NCBI RefSeq assembly: GCF_006345805.1 | Contig: NC_043013.1 | Location: forward strand, 37,324,001-37,388,000 | From: Octopus sinensis | Lineage: Eukaryota | Length of the DNA stretch: 64,000 nt | Direction of reading: 5' to 3' | Shown here: one piece after another, positions 27,420 to 39,676 of the stretch | Numbering within the stretch: position 1 is the stretch's first letter | How the letters are laid out: each line of letters opens with the position of its first letter | The notes under the pieces: generated by a model | What the model was told of the DNA's origin: nothing | Database searches by the model: none | What the model saw: the letters and a program-made list of their open reading frames with translations, nothing else | Program-made: the position numbers and the translations under genes

Positions 27420-27610
27420 TGGAGGCGCGGAGCTTCATGTTTAGAGTGTTGAACAAAACACTTCATTTCATATTCCTCCAGTTTACTCAACTGGCAACAC
27501 TGAGTGACTCTGCAACAGACCAGCGTCCCGTGTAGTGGGGGGTATATATGCACCTCCGAAAGAAGGGAGCCGGGCCTATGTGTCTATATCACTCGGGAAG
27601 TATCTTTATC
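27420..27610 (+). mobile_element. Degenerate, internally deleted SINE whose tail resembles the tail of the 33795-34108 element
   Basis: ggaggcgc head; aaaacacttcatttca core; tail ctgcaacagaccagcgtcccgtgtagtgggggg...gaaagaagggagccgggcctatg versus ctgcgatggactgtcgtcccgtccagctgtgggg...gaaattgggagaccgaacccatg. Confidence 0.55.
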
Positions 27611-27736
27611 CTTTTTTATACATATTAGGACCATGCTAAAAGGAGGTTTTCAACTACTATCCACAAAATACAGCATCATTGATCCGTTAATATACTGTAC
27701 CTAATATAGAGAAATATATTTATATGAATTATATAC

Positions 27737-27901
27737 AGGCGTAGGAGTGGCTGTGTGGTAAGTAGCTTCCTTACCAACCACATGATTCCGGGTTCAGTCC
27801 CATTGTGTGGCAACTTGGACAAGTGTCTTCTACTATAGCCATGGGCCGACCAAAGCCTTGTGAGTGGATGTGGTAGACAGAAATTGAAAGAAGCTCGTCG
27901 C

Positions 27902-27967
<66 letters not shown>

Positions 27968-28142
27968 ATGTGTTTGAGTGTCTGTGTTTTCCCCCATCCC
28001 CCCACCCCCCACATCGCTTGACACCCAATGCTGGGTTTACAATGTCTAAGTCTTGGGCTTCATTTGCTCGACTAAAGGCAGTGCTTCAGCATGGCCGCAG
28101 TCAAATGTCTGAAAGAAATGAAAGAATAAAAGAATAAAAGAA
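27737..28142 (+). mobile_element. SINE family B with internal (TA)n(TG)n and a partial 3' deletion
   Basis: aggcgtaggagtggctgtgtggtaagtagc...gggttcagtccc...gcatggccgcagtcaaatgtctgaaagaaatgaaagaataaaagaataaaag. Confidence 0.9.
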
Positions 28143-28194
28143 TATGCAACCTATAAACTAATAGAATTTTTAGCACAAAACTTTGCCTAAATCT

Positions 28195-28258
28195 ACTGTA
28201 GTAACGTCCTACCCAGATACCAGCCTGGTAATCTACCTGGGTAGGAAGTTATTACAGT
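28195..28258. other. 64-nt inverted repeat (22-bp arms, 20/22 match) with an inner 6-bp hairpin
   Basis: actgtagtaacgtcctacccag ... ctgggtaggaagttattacagt; inner TACCAG-c-CTGGTA. Confidence 0.85.
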
Positions 28259-28264
28259 AACGTA

Positions 28265-28278
28265 GTTACCATAGAAAC
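28265..28278. promoter_or_regulatory. RFX X-box-like motif GTTACCATAGAAAC
   Basis: Close to the X-box consensus GTTRCCATRGYAAC (A at the Y position); function unverified. Confidence 0.3.
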
Positions 28279-29093
28279 GTCCTAACGAGATACCTAAATT
28301 CAAAAATATTTACAAACAATGTACCGCATTTTATAAATTTAGTCTATGAAGTTTAATCGGTTGGCATAAAAAACTCGCTACATTGTACTTTTATGCGTTA
28401 GGTTGTCAGCGAATTCACGACATTCGCAAGACTCACCAGAACCGAAATGTAACTGGCGTTCTAGATATCCAGGATGGGACGATTTTCGATAGCCACAGCT
28501 ATCTATGATGCTTATATAAATAGCACACCTATAAGGTGTGTTATCTCTGAATGAGTACAAGAAAATCCAAATTTTAACCGATGGCTTCACATAAAGTCCT
28601 TTTATCAGATGGCTCTATATGTGGATGTATCACTCGGTCCGAGTGTCTCTTACCTGCTCTCACTCACTCTCTCTCTCTCTCTCTCTCTCCGTATATATAC
28701 ATATCTATATGTATATATGCAAACACACACAAACACACACACTCACACACATATATGAATATATATATATATATATATAAGAAAATGTATGTGTGTGTAT
28801 ATATATGTGTATATATATATGTACATATATATGTATTTATATATATATATGTATTTACTTACTTAAAACAGGAAGATACGAATTTGTGCGATTCATTTAA
28901 CACGACCTGTAGGTGACTAAGAACATAGCAGAGAGGGTCGTAACAACGTGACAGATTTTCTTTTCTTTCCTTTCTTCTTTTTCATATAAACTTCGATTCA
29001 CCGTTGCTCTAATTCAAAACCATTCCATATCCGTAAACGCTAGTCTGGCTCTTTCAGTGTGTACATTCACACTTGCATATATAGACATCCTCA

Positions 29094-29135
<42 letters not shown>

Positions 29136-29197
29136 ACACACATATATATTATATATATACATATACATATATATATATACATATACATATATAACAT

Positions 29198-29261
<64 letters not shown>

Positions 29262-29286
29262 TACATATATATGTATGTACATATAT

Positions 29287-29468
29287 TCGCCATGATAGAT
29301 CGCTAGCCAGTACACATTTTTTATTTTCTCTACTTGTTTCCTTCTGTGGAAGAGCGTAGGCTCGAAACGTTAAAGATTTTTTCACTTCCCGAAAGTTATA
29401 CTAATACATCTCTTTGTTATCTACGCCACCTGTCATCGTCTTTTGTTTTTTTTGTGTGAATTCTCCCC
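29287..29468 (+). mobile_element. Hammerhead-bearing short repeat, family H1 copy 1 (Penelope-terminus/retrozyme-like)
   Basis: Alignable to 42317-42530 and 60516-60840; 3' end ctcccc abuts (TA)n. Confidence 0.8.
29339..29376 (+). ncRNA. Minimal type-I hammerhead ribozyme-like fold (variant core CUGUGGA-A)
   Basis: TCCTT-CTGTGGA-A-GAGC gtag GCTC-GAAA-CG-T-T-AAAGA; stem I has one mismatch. Confidence 0.55.
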
Positions 29469-29469
29469 T

Positions 29470-29491
29470 ATATATGCATATGTATATATAT

Positions 29492-29537
<46 letters not shown>

Positions 29538-29552
29538 ATATATATGTATGTG

Positions 29553-29585
<33 letters not shown>

Positions 29586-29827
29586 ATGTATATATATATA
29601 TAATATATATATATATATATACAGATATATATATTATGGAGAGTGATACAGATTGGGAGAGTGGCACATACGTAAGTATGCCTTTGGCACAACATATATT
29701 TCTATATAGGAGAGTTCGTATTCTATAATTTGAGATGAATAACACACACACAAACTCCCACAAGCATACACGCACATAAACGCGGTCCCACAACACACAC
29801 ACTTTCACAACACACACACACTCACAC

Positions 29828-29870
<43 letters not shown>

Positions 29871-29890
29871 GCAACACACACATATATTTC
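29470..29890. repeat. (TA)n and (CA)n microsatellites
   Basis: Direct reading. Confidence 0.9.
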
Positions 29891-30563
29891 CATGTGTGTA
29901 TAGACAGATACCTGCCTCTCTGTCTTTTATCTGTCTCACATGCTCATGCCCCACTTACATCTCTCAATCAGTATAAACGGCTACATGTGTGCATTTCTCT
30001 GCGTGTGTATATGTATTTGTGTGTGTGCATGTGTGTGTGTGGATGGGTGCCTGTGTGTAATTTTCCTACTTTAGATGAAAATTATAGTCACCCACCGCCA
30101 TCTCCTTATTCTCTCGATAAGCATTTATGGTTAAAAACAGCTCGAGCAAAAATGATACGATTCATACTGTGATTCTCTACACATTTATAATCAAATAAAT
30201 CTGATTTTCTGGATTAGTTAGTTTAATCAAAAATATCTTCTGAAAAACCAGAAGCAAGCAATGAACTTCTTCATCTCACAAAATTTTTACTATGCATCTG
30301 AAAAGCCCACAACTCAATTTTCTTCGCCCAAATTGCTAAGTAATGAAATAGAAATGAAGCAAAACTTTACTTTAAGCTATAATCTAAAACTCTATGCCGC
30401 AATATTACCGCTTCCGTCCGCATCTGATTTTTATCATTTGCATCTTTATTTCGCTGTTTATATTATTCATATAATCTAATCGCCGTTCTTAATCTAGAAT
30501 ATTTCAGAGTTGTAACGTATGAATGTAGTGCATCGAATCTTTATGAGCTTCCAATGAAAGTAA

Positions 30564-30564
<1 letters not shown>

Positions 30565-30652
<88 letters not shown>

Positions 30653-30664
30653 CATATATATATA

Positions 30665-30699
<35 letters not shown>

Positions 30700-31080
30700 T
30701 ATATAACATATGCCTATATAATATATATATACATATATAAACATGTATGCATGCATGTATATGTATGTGTTTATATATACACATATCTTTATGTATGTGC
30801 ATATATATATATATATTAGGTATGTGTATATGTATATATATATATATATATATGTATTTTATGTATATATAAAGAGAAGGCGAAAGAGAGAGAGGGTGAT
30901 ACATTTATAAATATTTGTATAGTTATAAGTTAATATATATGCATTCATACGTATGTATATATGTATGTATATATATATATGTATATATATCTATATCTAT
31001 ATCTATCTATCTATCTATATATATATACATATATATGTATATATATATATATATATATACACATATATATATACATATAT
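30565..31080. repeat. Long degenerate (TA)n tracts
   Basis: Direct reading. Confidence 0.9.
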
Positions 31081-31345
31081 TTAAACTTTTAGAATTTCAG
31101 TGTGAAGTGAAGTATGTAGACTTACGAAACCGTGTGTGCGTGTTAATAGGTTTAATAAGATCGACATTACTACGTGTTTCAGAGACGTGCTTTTTGCGTC
31201 TGTAGAACTGGCAGTAATGTAAATCTACGTTTTACTGTTAATAGAAATATTTAACTGTCACATCGTGTATTCAAAGCATCTTAGTTCTTATTTTTCCATC
31301 TATTAATATGTACAGAAATGTTACAAAAATATGTCATGCGTTATA

Positions 31346-32549
31346 TTAGGGTGTTCCGTAAAGAATGGCCGCTCTAATTGTTGGGTTTTGAAACACAAAT
31401 TTATCAAAGTATTTTAATTATATTTTAGGTGAATTTCGACATACATAATAATTGATGTATGCTCTTTAATAATATTCTATTTATTTCAGACAGAAAGGTT
31501 TCTTAAAACATAGGCATCCTTAATTATGAACATGACAAGAAAAGGACATTCGCTTACTTTTCTTGCATGAGTTCAAGCTTGGGCACAATGCCTCCCAAAC
31601 TGCTACCAATATCAACAGAGCACCGTATGAAGGTGGTTTTAGAATTTCCGTACTGGTGATGAGATCCTTGAAGATGAAGAAGGTAGAAGGCTATCATGCA
31701 ACCTTGACAATGAAATACTGAAAGCAACTAAAACCCACATCAAAGTGTCATGGAAATGTCTCAGGCACTTTTCAACGGTCTCGCGCAATCTGAAGATTGC
31801 TGAGGTGAATAATCTCGATAAACGGGTACCGGATTAGTTCAATGAAAATCAAGGAGATCGGCGTTTTGAAGTGTGCTCGATACTCTTTCAGCAAAACACC
31901 AATGATCTTTTTCCTGACCGAATAATCAATTTATGATAACTGTAGACGATCAGGTCAATGGTTTGATCATGATGAGGCCCCCAAAAAAATTACCAAAGCT
32001 AAAGTTGCATCAGCAAAACATTATGGTGACTGTCTGTTGGTCTGCAATTGGTGTTGTCCATTACAGCTTTCTGGATGCCAATCAGAGCATTTCAGCAGTG
32101 GTTTGCTGCAACCAACTCGTTGAAATGCATGCTCACTTGCAAAAAGTGGCACTTGCATTGATTAATCGGCGTGTCCCAATTCTGCTCCACGATAATGCAA
32201 AGCTACATATTGCAAAAATGACGCTGCAGAAACTCACAGACTTGGGATACAAGACTTAACCACAGCCTCCATATTCTCTTTATCTGTCACCCACTGACTA
32301 ACATTTTTTAAAAGTATTTAAACACGTTTATAAGTGATAAAACTTCCAGGTCCGAACAAAAGGCGGAATCAGCTTGCAAAGATTTCTTAGCATCAAAGTT
32401 AATAATCTTTTATAATGAGGCATAAATAATCTCGTTAATCGATGGCACAGAGATATAGCGTTCACGGTTCATACTTTGAATAATTAACACATTATTGTTA
32501 ATTTTTCCAGAATAAAATTGTTTCTGAAATCCGCCATATTTTCGGAACA
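31346..32549 (+). mobile_element. Mariner (Tc1/mariner) DNA transposon, near full length, decayed
   Basis: TA then left TIR ttagggtgttccgtaaagaatggccgc; imperfect right TIR ccgccatattttcggaaca followed by (TA)n; ~1.2 kb; internal transposase remnant. Confidence 0.9.
31526..32483 (+). pseudogene. Mariner transposase pseudogene (stops and frameshifts)
   Basis: DIRLLFLHEFKLGHNASQTATNINRA; RWF*NFRTGDEILEDEEGR; LDKRVP (~WVPHEL); MVTVCWSAIGVVHYSFL; ILLHDNAKLH (~HDNARPH); PPYSLYLSPTD*HF (~YSPDLAPSDYHLF); NRW...GSYFE*. Confidence 0.9.
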
Positions 32550-32564
32550 TATATATATATATAT

Positions 32565-32950
32565 ACTCTTTTACTCTTTTACTTGTTTTAGTCATTTGAC
32601 TGCAGCCATGCTGGAGCACCGCCTTTAGTCAAGCAAATCGACCCCAGGACTTATTCTATCGGTCTATTTTGCCGAACCGCTAAGTTACGGGGACGTAAAC
32701 ACACCAGCATCGGTTGTCAAGCAATGTTAGGGGAACAAACACAGACACACACACAAACACATCTATATGTATCTATATATATATATACGAAGGCTTCTTG
32801 CAGTTTCCGTCTACCAAATCCACTCACAAGGCTTTGGTCAGCCCGAGGCTATAGTAGAAGACACCTGCCCAAGGTTCCACGCAGTGGGACTGAACCCGGA
32901 ACTATGTGGCTGGTAAGCAAACTTCTTACCGAACTTCAGCCAATCCTGCG

Positions 32951-32952
<2 letters not shown>
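32565..32952 (-). mobile_element. SINE family B, near full length, in the (TA)n next to the mariner right end
   Basis: Same head and tail as the other family B copies; lacks the tttgtaagcctagtacttattc segment. Confidence 0.9.
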
Positions 32953-32984
<32 letters not shown>

Positions 32985-33255
32985 CCCGTGACATTGTCAG
33001 CACTCCTCTATCCAGTGTAGAACTATGCTTTGCATCAATCTCGTGATAGGGTAGTGTATGTAACACGACACAAATAACCGAAGTAATAATAATTAGGAAT
33101 AATTATGCAGAATGTGGCTATCTTAGTCAAGGATTTATGGATTATGCACGTATGTACTCAAAATGCCGTAATAAGTACATATACATGTAAAAGCATTATG
33201 CAATCTTTCACGTTACATCGCCAGTGTCTCTCACTTAGTACTAATGTGTGTATTA

Positions 33256-33332
<77 letters not shown>

Positions 33333-33794
33333 CGCACATGTACACACACACATGCAAAATTAAATGCACATGTACCCACACACACATAAGGCATATATTC
33401 GTATGTACGTATATATGTATATGTCTGTATGGAGATCAATATGTATAATACGATTTAAAGGATGAAAATGTGTAGAACATGACCCCTTGATCATAGCCAT
33501 GTTAATACTAGCGTATGAGTACTAGATCAGCATGTTTTCAGAATTAGTTACACGCTTCACCTCCATGCATTTTATAATTGATTTTTTCCTTCTTGAACCT
33601 TTATAACCTAAACAGATCTACTTAAATTAATCTACATATGATAAAATTTTATCTCTCGTTTAAATACTGTTTAAATTTTGTTGCTTGCAAAGTAAATTAG
33701 GGAGAGTGGATGCGGTTAATTTTGACAAGAATGAGGACAAACCCGATAACTGCATCGAGGATCTCAGTAAAGACTTACTTTTTACAAGAAACTA

Positions 33795-34108
33795 TTTATT
33801 TATTTATGCACGCTTTTCAAGCCTAGCCAGGCTCATGGGTTCGGTCTCCCAATTTCTGTGGCGTATATGTCCCCCACAGCTGGACGGGACGACAGTCCAT
33901 CGCAGCGTTACTCAAGATACAGGAGGAAAGAGTGAGAGAAAGTTGGGGTGAAAGAGTACAACAGGGGTCGCCACCACCCCTGCTGGAGCATCGTGGAGCT
34001 TTTAAGTGTTTTCGGTTAATAAACACACAAAACGCCCGGTCTGGGAATCGAAACAGCGATCCTCCGACCGTTATTCCGCTGCAAAACCACTGCGCCATTG
34101 CGCCTCCA
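33795..34108 (-). mobile_element. SINE family C, apparently full length, with an alternative tail ending in (TAAA)n
   Basis: Reverse complement reads gtggaggcgcaatggcgcagtgg...gtttcgattcccagaccgggcg...ctccagcaggggtggtggcgacccctg...gcataaataaataaa. Confidence 0.85.
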
Positions 34109-34374
34109 CACAAGAGAATATATACCCTGAAGAAGTTTTTTTTTAACTCTTTTGAAGAAATAGACTTATTACATCATAAAAATGTGACGTAACCCACGAT
34201 TACAATAATACGTACGTAACTTACTTCTATTGTAAACTTAAGTAAATTTTACACACCACCTAAATAATCCATTTCGTCACAAAAAAATAAAGGTACTCGA
34301 GTAGAGAAAACAGAGATCGAATCACAGAATTTACTTGTTTCAATTTTAACATGACGACATTCCCTTAAACATAT

Positions 34375-34505
34375 AAAACTTACATTATTTAAATTTGACG
34401 GATATTTGTCCTCATTTTGTCTGTTGTTAACACAACGTTTTGGCTGATATACTCTATAGCCTTCATAGGGTGCCTGGGTTCTCATTCCTAAAGTATTCTT
34501 CGATG
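34375..34505 (-). mobile_element. Hammerhead-bearing short repeat, family H2 copy 1
   Basis: Reverse complement ...gagaacccaggcac-cctatga-a-ggct atagagtatatc agcc-aaaa-cgt-t-gtgttaacaacagacaaaatgaggac aligns to 35532-35640. Confidence 0.75.
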
Positions 34506-34574
34506 TTGTTGTTGTTGTTGTCATTATCATTATTATTATTATTATAATTATTATTATTATTATTATTATTATTA

Positions 34575-35254
<680 letters not shown>

Positions 35255-35271
35255 GTTATTTTTATTATATG

Positions 35272-35351
35272 CCCACAGGCATAGTGCGTAGGGATTAATA
35301 GCGCGGGCTACTAACCCCAAGGATTCTGAGTTCGATTCCAGGCAGTGACCT
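35272..35351 (+). pseudogene. tRNA-derived mini-element / tRNA pseudogene with anticodon-loop-like CT-ACT-AA
   Basis: D-arm GCGT..GCGC, GGG-CTACTAA-CCC anticodon arm, perfect box B GTTCGATTCC; acceptor and T stems do not pair; followed by (TAA)n. Confidence 0.65.
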
Positions 35352-35365
35352 ATATAATAATAATC

Positions 35366-35454
<89 letters not shown>

Positions 35455-35469
35455 AAAGAAGAAGAATAC

Positions 35470-35504
<35 letters not shown>

Positions 35505-35531
35505 GTAAGAAAAAGAAGGGGAAGAAGAAGA

Positions 35532-35640
35532 ACATCGAGAGAACCAGGGATAGAAATTTCTCCAAGACACCTGATTAAGGCTGGAGAGTATATCAACCGA
35601 AATCTTGTGTCAACAAGAAACAAGTTGAGGACGAATAACA
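35532..35640 (+). mobile_element. Hammerhead-bearing short repeat, family H2 copy 2 (hammerhead-like fold at 35566-35611)
   Basis: GACAC-CTGATTA-A-GGCTG gagagtatat CAACC-GAAA-TC-T-T-GTGTC; stem I GACAC/GTGTC perfect, core degenerate. Confidence 0.75.
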
Positions 35641-36359
35641 GCCTTATATAATCTTACACGGCGTTTGGCGTTGCTACAGTCATTATTTTATTTCAATGTA
35701 GATAGTCCTGCCATCTCATGACGAAGCTATAAGCGAATCCTATAAAAATATGTCTGTATACGTGATTCTCGAAGCATGAAGATACATTTAGAGACATATT
35801 TTGCTCAAATTGTTGGTAGGTTTTAATATATATATATATATAAAGACATCACACGTATATACATACTATTATAGGGCTAGGGTGGAGTAACTAAGAAGTA
35901 ACTCGTAATTTTTCTTTGATATCAACACAATTATATTCGTTTCTGTTATGTCATGTTTGTGTATAAGATATTTTCGTTCGAAGACACGCAACCATTGCGT
36001 AATTATAATTATATAGTCAAGAACTTAAGAAATTTCACATGTACAGTAGGTAAAGGTTTAAGTTTCTTATCTAATTGCATAAGAACACAAAATTACACTT
36101 ACTCAACACAAGACGTCTATCAATTTATTCGTGTGTGCTTTTGTACATTGCGTTCATAGGTGGGCATATGTGCGTTGTGATTGTATGTATATAGACTTCT
36201 GTAAACTCGTGTGTATACGTTAGTAATCAATTTATGTCTTTGAATAATCAAATGTGTCTATATAAACGAACGAATGCGCACGCGCTACTGAACACAGTCC
36301 TCATTACACTTATACACACTAAGTATCGCTTATATAATAGTTATAATAAACATACATAC

Positions 36360-36460
36360 ATGTATATAAATGCGTATGTATGTAATTATATATATATATG
36401 CATGTATATATGTATATATATATATGCATGTACATATATATATATATAAATATATATATA

Positions 36461-36502
<42 letters not shown>

Positions 36503-36813
36503 GCGTATCTACAGGAGATTGTGTTTTATAGTTTGTACGAATAATTGCTTCTAGGTATAGCGTCAATGGAAAACTTCTTTATCATTAATGAATCTATACA
36601 TACTTGTATTTAATAGAGGTGTACAAACATAATTACCAACACATATACACCCTACCGTTGACAACATCTGATGAATATATATATATATATATATATATAC
36701 CTCTACAAATACACATATTGGCACATACGTACTGACACACATACACATATGCGTAAGTTTACATACATATAGATATGTATATTATATACATATACCTAAA
36801 TATAAATATGTAT

Positions 36814-36905
<92 letters not shown>

Positions 36906-36950
36906 GTGTGTGTGTGCATTTGTTATTGTGTATTATATATGTATGTGTGT
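36360..36950. repeat. (TA)n-dominated microsatellite clusters
   Basis: Direct reading. Confidence 0.9.
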
Positions 36951-37432
36951 GTTTATGTCGCTGTGTGAGTAAGTAATGAATTCGTGGCAAACAGAGTATC
37001 GTATAGTGATTGGGATTCAGTGACTCACAAATACACAAAGTGCTCATTCTCCTCTAATTAAGCAATACAGTTATTGTTCTATTCGAGTCTTCGAACGCAT
37101 TGCCAAAATAAATTTCGTTAATTAACTGCACTCAATGGATACGTACATCAAACTTCACTACCGCAACTACTGCACTGCTACAAATGGCTTACAATTACTT
37201 CATACATATTTACTTTCATATTCATATTATCTTCTTTTCAGTATTACTTGCAATATTTTAATTTTTTTTAATTTTCTTTCTTTTAGATTGAATTTCTTTG
37301 AAAATATTTCTCTTTGCTTAACTTTCTTTTCGAAAGAAAGAAAGAAATATAATTAAATACATTTTTTTGTATACATCTTATTGTAAATACACTGGTAGAA
37401 AAATGTAAGTAAATAGAAATAATTGTTCCTAC

Positions 37433-37648
37433 GGCGAGCTGGCAGAAACGGTAGCACGCCGGGCGAAGTGCGTAGCCGTATTTCGTCTGCCGTTACGTTC
37501 TGAGTTTAAATTTCGCCGAGGTCGACTTTGCCTTTCATCCTTTCGGGGTCGATAAATTAAGTACCAGTTATGCACTGGGGTCGATGGAATCGACTTAATC
37601 GCTTTCTCTGTCCCCTCTGTGTTCAGCCCCTTGTGGGTAGTAAAGAAA
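37433..37648 (+). mobile_element. SINE family A, full length (tail type 1)
   Basis: ggcgagctggcagaaacggtagcacgccgggcg...gaggtcgactttgcctttcatcctttcggggtcgataaattaagtaccag...agccccttgtgggtagtaaagaaa. Confidence 0.92.
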
Positions 37649-37656
37649 AATATATA

Positions 37657-37835
37657 GGCACGGAACTGAAATTTTCGGAGCGGGTCTAGTCGGTTACATC
37701 AGGCTCCGTGCATGATTGATACTCGTTTGATCTACGCCGTAAAGACGGAGTTTGAACTCTGAACGTAAAACAGGAAATATAAAAATACCACCGCTCTGCT
37801 TTTTGTCCGACACGCTACCGATTCTGCCAACTCAT
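37657..37835 (-). mobile_element. SINE family A, degenerate, inverted relative to the 37433 copy
   Basis: Reverse complement gagttggcagaatcggtagcgtgtcgg...acgttcagagttcaaactcc...aaatttcagttccgtgcc. Confidence 0.7.
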
Positions 37836-37892
37836 TTATGTATATGGAAACAGCAACAAAATAACCGTTTCTGATTTACGAATAAGCTTGTT

Positions 37893-38060
37893 TAGGTGCA
37901 GACGTGGTTGCATGGGAAGAAGCTTGCTTCCCAGCCACATGGCTCAAGGTTCAATCCTACTGCGTGACACTTTCAGCAATTATTTCCTGCTATTGCCTCG
38001 GGCTGATTAACGCATTCTGAATGGATTTAGTTGACGGAAACTGGAAAAAGCACGTCGTAC
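37893..38060 (+). mobile_element. SINE family B 5' half, degenerate
   Basis: aggtgcagacgtggttgcatgggaagaagcttgcttcccagccacatggctcaaggttcaatcc...gacggaaactggaaaaagcacgtcg. Confidence 0.7.
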
Positions 38061-38107
38061 CAATAAGTGTGTGTGTTTGTGTGTGTATGTGTATGCTTGT
38101 GTGTGTG

Positions 38108-38230
38108 CGTGAAATGGCTCAGTGGTTACGGCAGTGGACTCGCGGTCATACGATCGTGGTTTCGATTCCTAGACCGGGTGTTGTGAGTGTTTATTGAGCG
38201 AAAACACTTAAAGGGACACGAGGCTCCGGC
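38108..38230 (+). mobile_element. SINE family C 5' fragment
   Basis: aatggctcagtggttacggcagtggactcgcggtc...gtttcgattcctagaccggg...gagcgaaaacac. Confidence 0.8.
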
Positions 38231-38562
38231 ATACTATATTGAAGCGCCTTTGGTGTCACTGCTTTATCTCCAGGAAGTTGAATCTCTGCATCTACAACAC
38301 AGTTGGACTCTCCCTCAAGTATGGACTTACATATCGCCAGGCACAGGTAATACGCTTAAGAATGGATTAAATATTCATTACATAATATTCATGAAATTTA
38401 AAATTTCATTCACTTTATAATAGTATTATGATTTGCAATTGAGACTAATATTGTACTAATAAGTGATGTTCAGTGAGAAAATTATTTTTGTATGCAAATA
38501 CAATTTCTATACGAAGAAACATGGAAATGCGTGTGTGTGTGTGTGTGTGTGTATGTGTGTGT

Positions 38563-38608
<46 letters not shown>

Positions 38609-39489
38609 ATGTGTGTGTGTTATCGACCACTGAAATTCAATGAAAGCCGCAATCTTGTTTGCCGGTAGGCTGTCTAGTGCGGTGGGGATAATATTTAGAA
38701 ATTGGAGCCAAATCTACGATAAATAAAGGCACAATAGACCTATGTATGAAATACAACGTATTGTAAGGATGAAAAAAGTTTCATCGAAGGTTTGACTGAG
38801 TCGTATTCATTATTGTTGGAACCAACATTAAATGCTTAGCATCACATGGACTTAGATTGTGAACCTATTTCTTGGTGGGTGGGCGTAGCTCGTTATATCC
38901 TTTAACAAGGCATAGAGTTTCACGACGTCCCATTTAAATTCTACCGAGTTACTCCATTTATTTAGTTATTTAATCCTAGAAATTCTCTCGGGATAAAGGC
39001 TGATGATCTTGTAAAATTGTTTGTCTGCTCGCCACTATATCGGTAGTAACCAAATGTATGTTGTATATTAACAATTACTAACACGAGACTGCCACTTCCC
39101 AGCATTGTTTGTGTTGGATATTGCAACTTAAAGTGCGAACGTAGCAAACTTCTCGGTAGCTCTATTATCCCATCAACGCTTTTTGTAAAGAACAGTAATA
39201 CTCACAAGACGTATGAAGTGAGGTTTGAAAACCATCGTAATCCCTCCAAATGACGGCACAGCGCAGATTGGTAAAATTCCAAAAATTACTATTAATGACA
39301 AAAATAACTAAGATATATAATAGCAGGATCAACAATAACGATTTCTAGTTTAAGTAAAAAGGCAAGAATTTTGGGAGGATTGGGTCGCTGAGTGGTGCTT
39401 TTGTATTCTTGAGTTGCTTTCGGAAAAATTTAAGAACAATGCGTAAAGTGCCGCAAGAAGTACAGCAAAATATTTCTCCTTTTCTGTTT

Positions 39490-39676
39490 TTACATTTCTA
39501 CTCTAGGCATAAGGCTCGAATTCTTTTGGGAGGAAGCCAGTTGATTAGATCGACGCCAGTACGTAACTGGTACTTAATTTATCGACCTTGAAAGGATGAT
39601 AGGCAAAGTCCACATCGGTGGAATTTGAACTCAGAATGTGCGCCCGGCGTGCTAACGGTTCTGCCAGCTCGCCGCC
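39490..39676 (-). mobile_element. SINE family A (tail type 2), internally deleted
   Basis: Reverse complement ggcggcgagctggcagaaccgttagcacgccgggcg...ctgagttcaaattcc. Confidence 0.8.
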
